A DNA stretch of 64,000 nt, taken from positions 4,662,263 through 4,726,262 of the forward strand of contig JBNZDD010013697.1 in the NCBI GenBank assembly GCA_050575255.1, given 5' to 3'. The stretch is from Harriotta raleighana (taxonomy: Eukaryota). Positions 63,841 through 64,000 of the stretch are shown piece after piece. The notes below the pieces were generated by a model, which did not search any database, was not told the origin of the DNA, and was given only the letters and a program-made list of their open reading frames with translations. The translations under genes were made by a program, and so were the position numbers. Position 1 is the stretch's first letter; every line of letters starts with the position of its first letter.

Positions 63841-64000
63841 GCAACAACAACCACAACAAAATCACATTTGTAGAGCGCCTTTCGCTTTAAGAGGACATCC
63901 CAAAGTGCTGAACAGTTGGGTCGGGATCCGAGCAGTGTGGGAGGGAGGGCAGGGCATGGTTGGAATGAGAGAGGGCAGAAAGGTAGGAAGATGGCTGAAG
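63841..64000 (-). mobile_element. L2 3' end (runs off the window)
   Basis: caacaaaatcacatttgtagagcgcctttc...ggtcgggatccgagc. Confidence 0.85.

Noticed and set aside
1-64000. CRISPR arrays, operons, prokaryotic defence systems, rRNA
   Set aside because: Eukaryotic repeat-rich DNA with no regularly spaced repeat-spacer arrays, gene-dense ORFs or rRNA sequence.

Overview
This is AT-rich, repeat-dense vertebrate non-coding DNA with no recognisable protein-coding host gene; it reads as a long intron or intergenic region. The repeat mix is abundant L2 and CR1 LINE fragments, a tRNA-headed SINE with an L2-like tail ending in (ATT)n, Deu-domain SINEs, Penelope-derived palindromes and TA-flanked Tigger/pogo-like MITEs. 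That mix suggests a cartilaginous fish, possibly a chimaera such as Callorhinchus (inference). Every long ORF in the track is decayed LINE ORF2 or runs through the N gap. The draft assembly has clear artefacts: an 844-N gap, single-N contig joins, and near-identical duplications at 6383-6576/8324-8517, 6578-6775/6777-6974 and 24738-26169/26741-28172. The most interesting signals are: (1) a back-to-back pair of Penelope-type minimal hammerhead cores at ~49.06-49.13 kb and another core at 59.39 kb; (2) a near-perfect 38-bp-arm hairpin at 58275-58379; (3) a minus-strand polypyrimidine-CAG|GTGAGT junction heading an open 147-nt phase 1-1 exon (recursive-splice-like), with other phase-compatible exon candidates; (4) CpG-rich MITEs carrying NRF1-type motifs; (5) a perfect MARE palindrome, repeat-borne RFX boxes and palindromic GATA sites; (6) a domain-shuffled L2. 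I cannot show a confidently new biological system, so these are leads. Repeat boundaries are approximate, read by eye.
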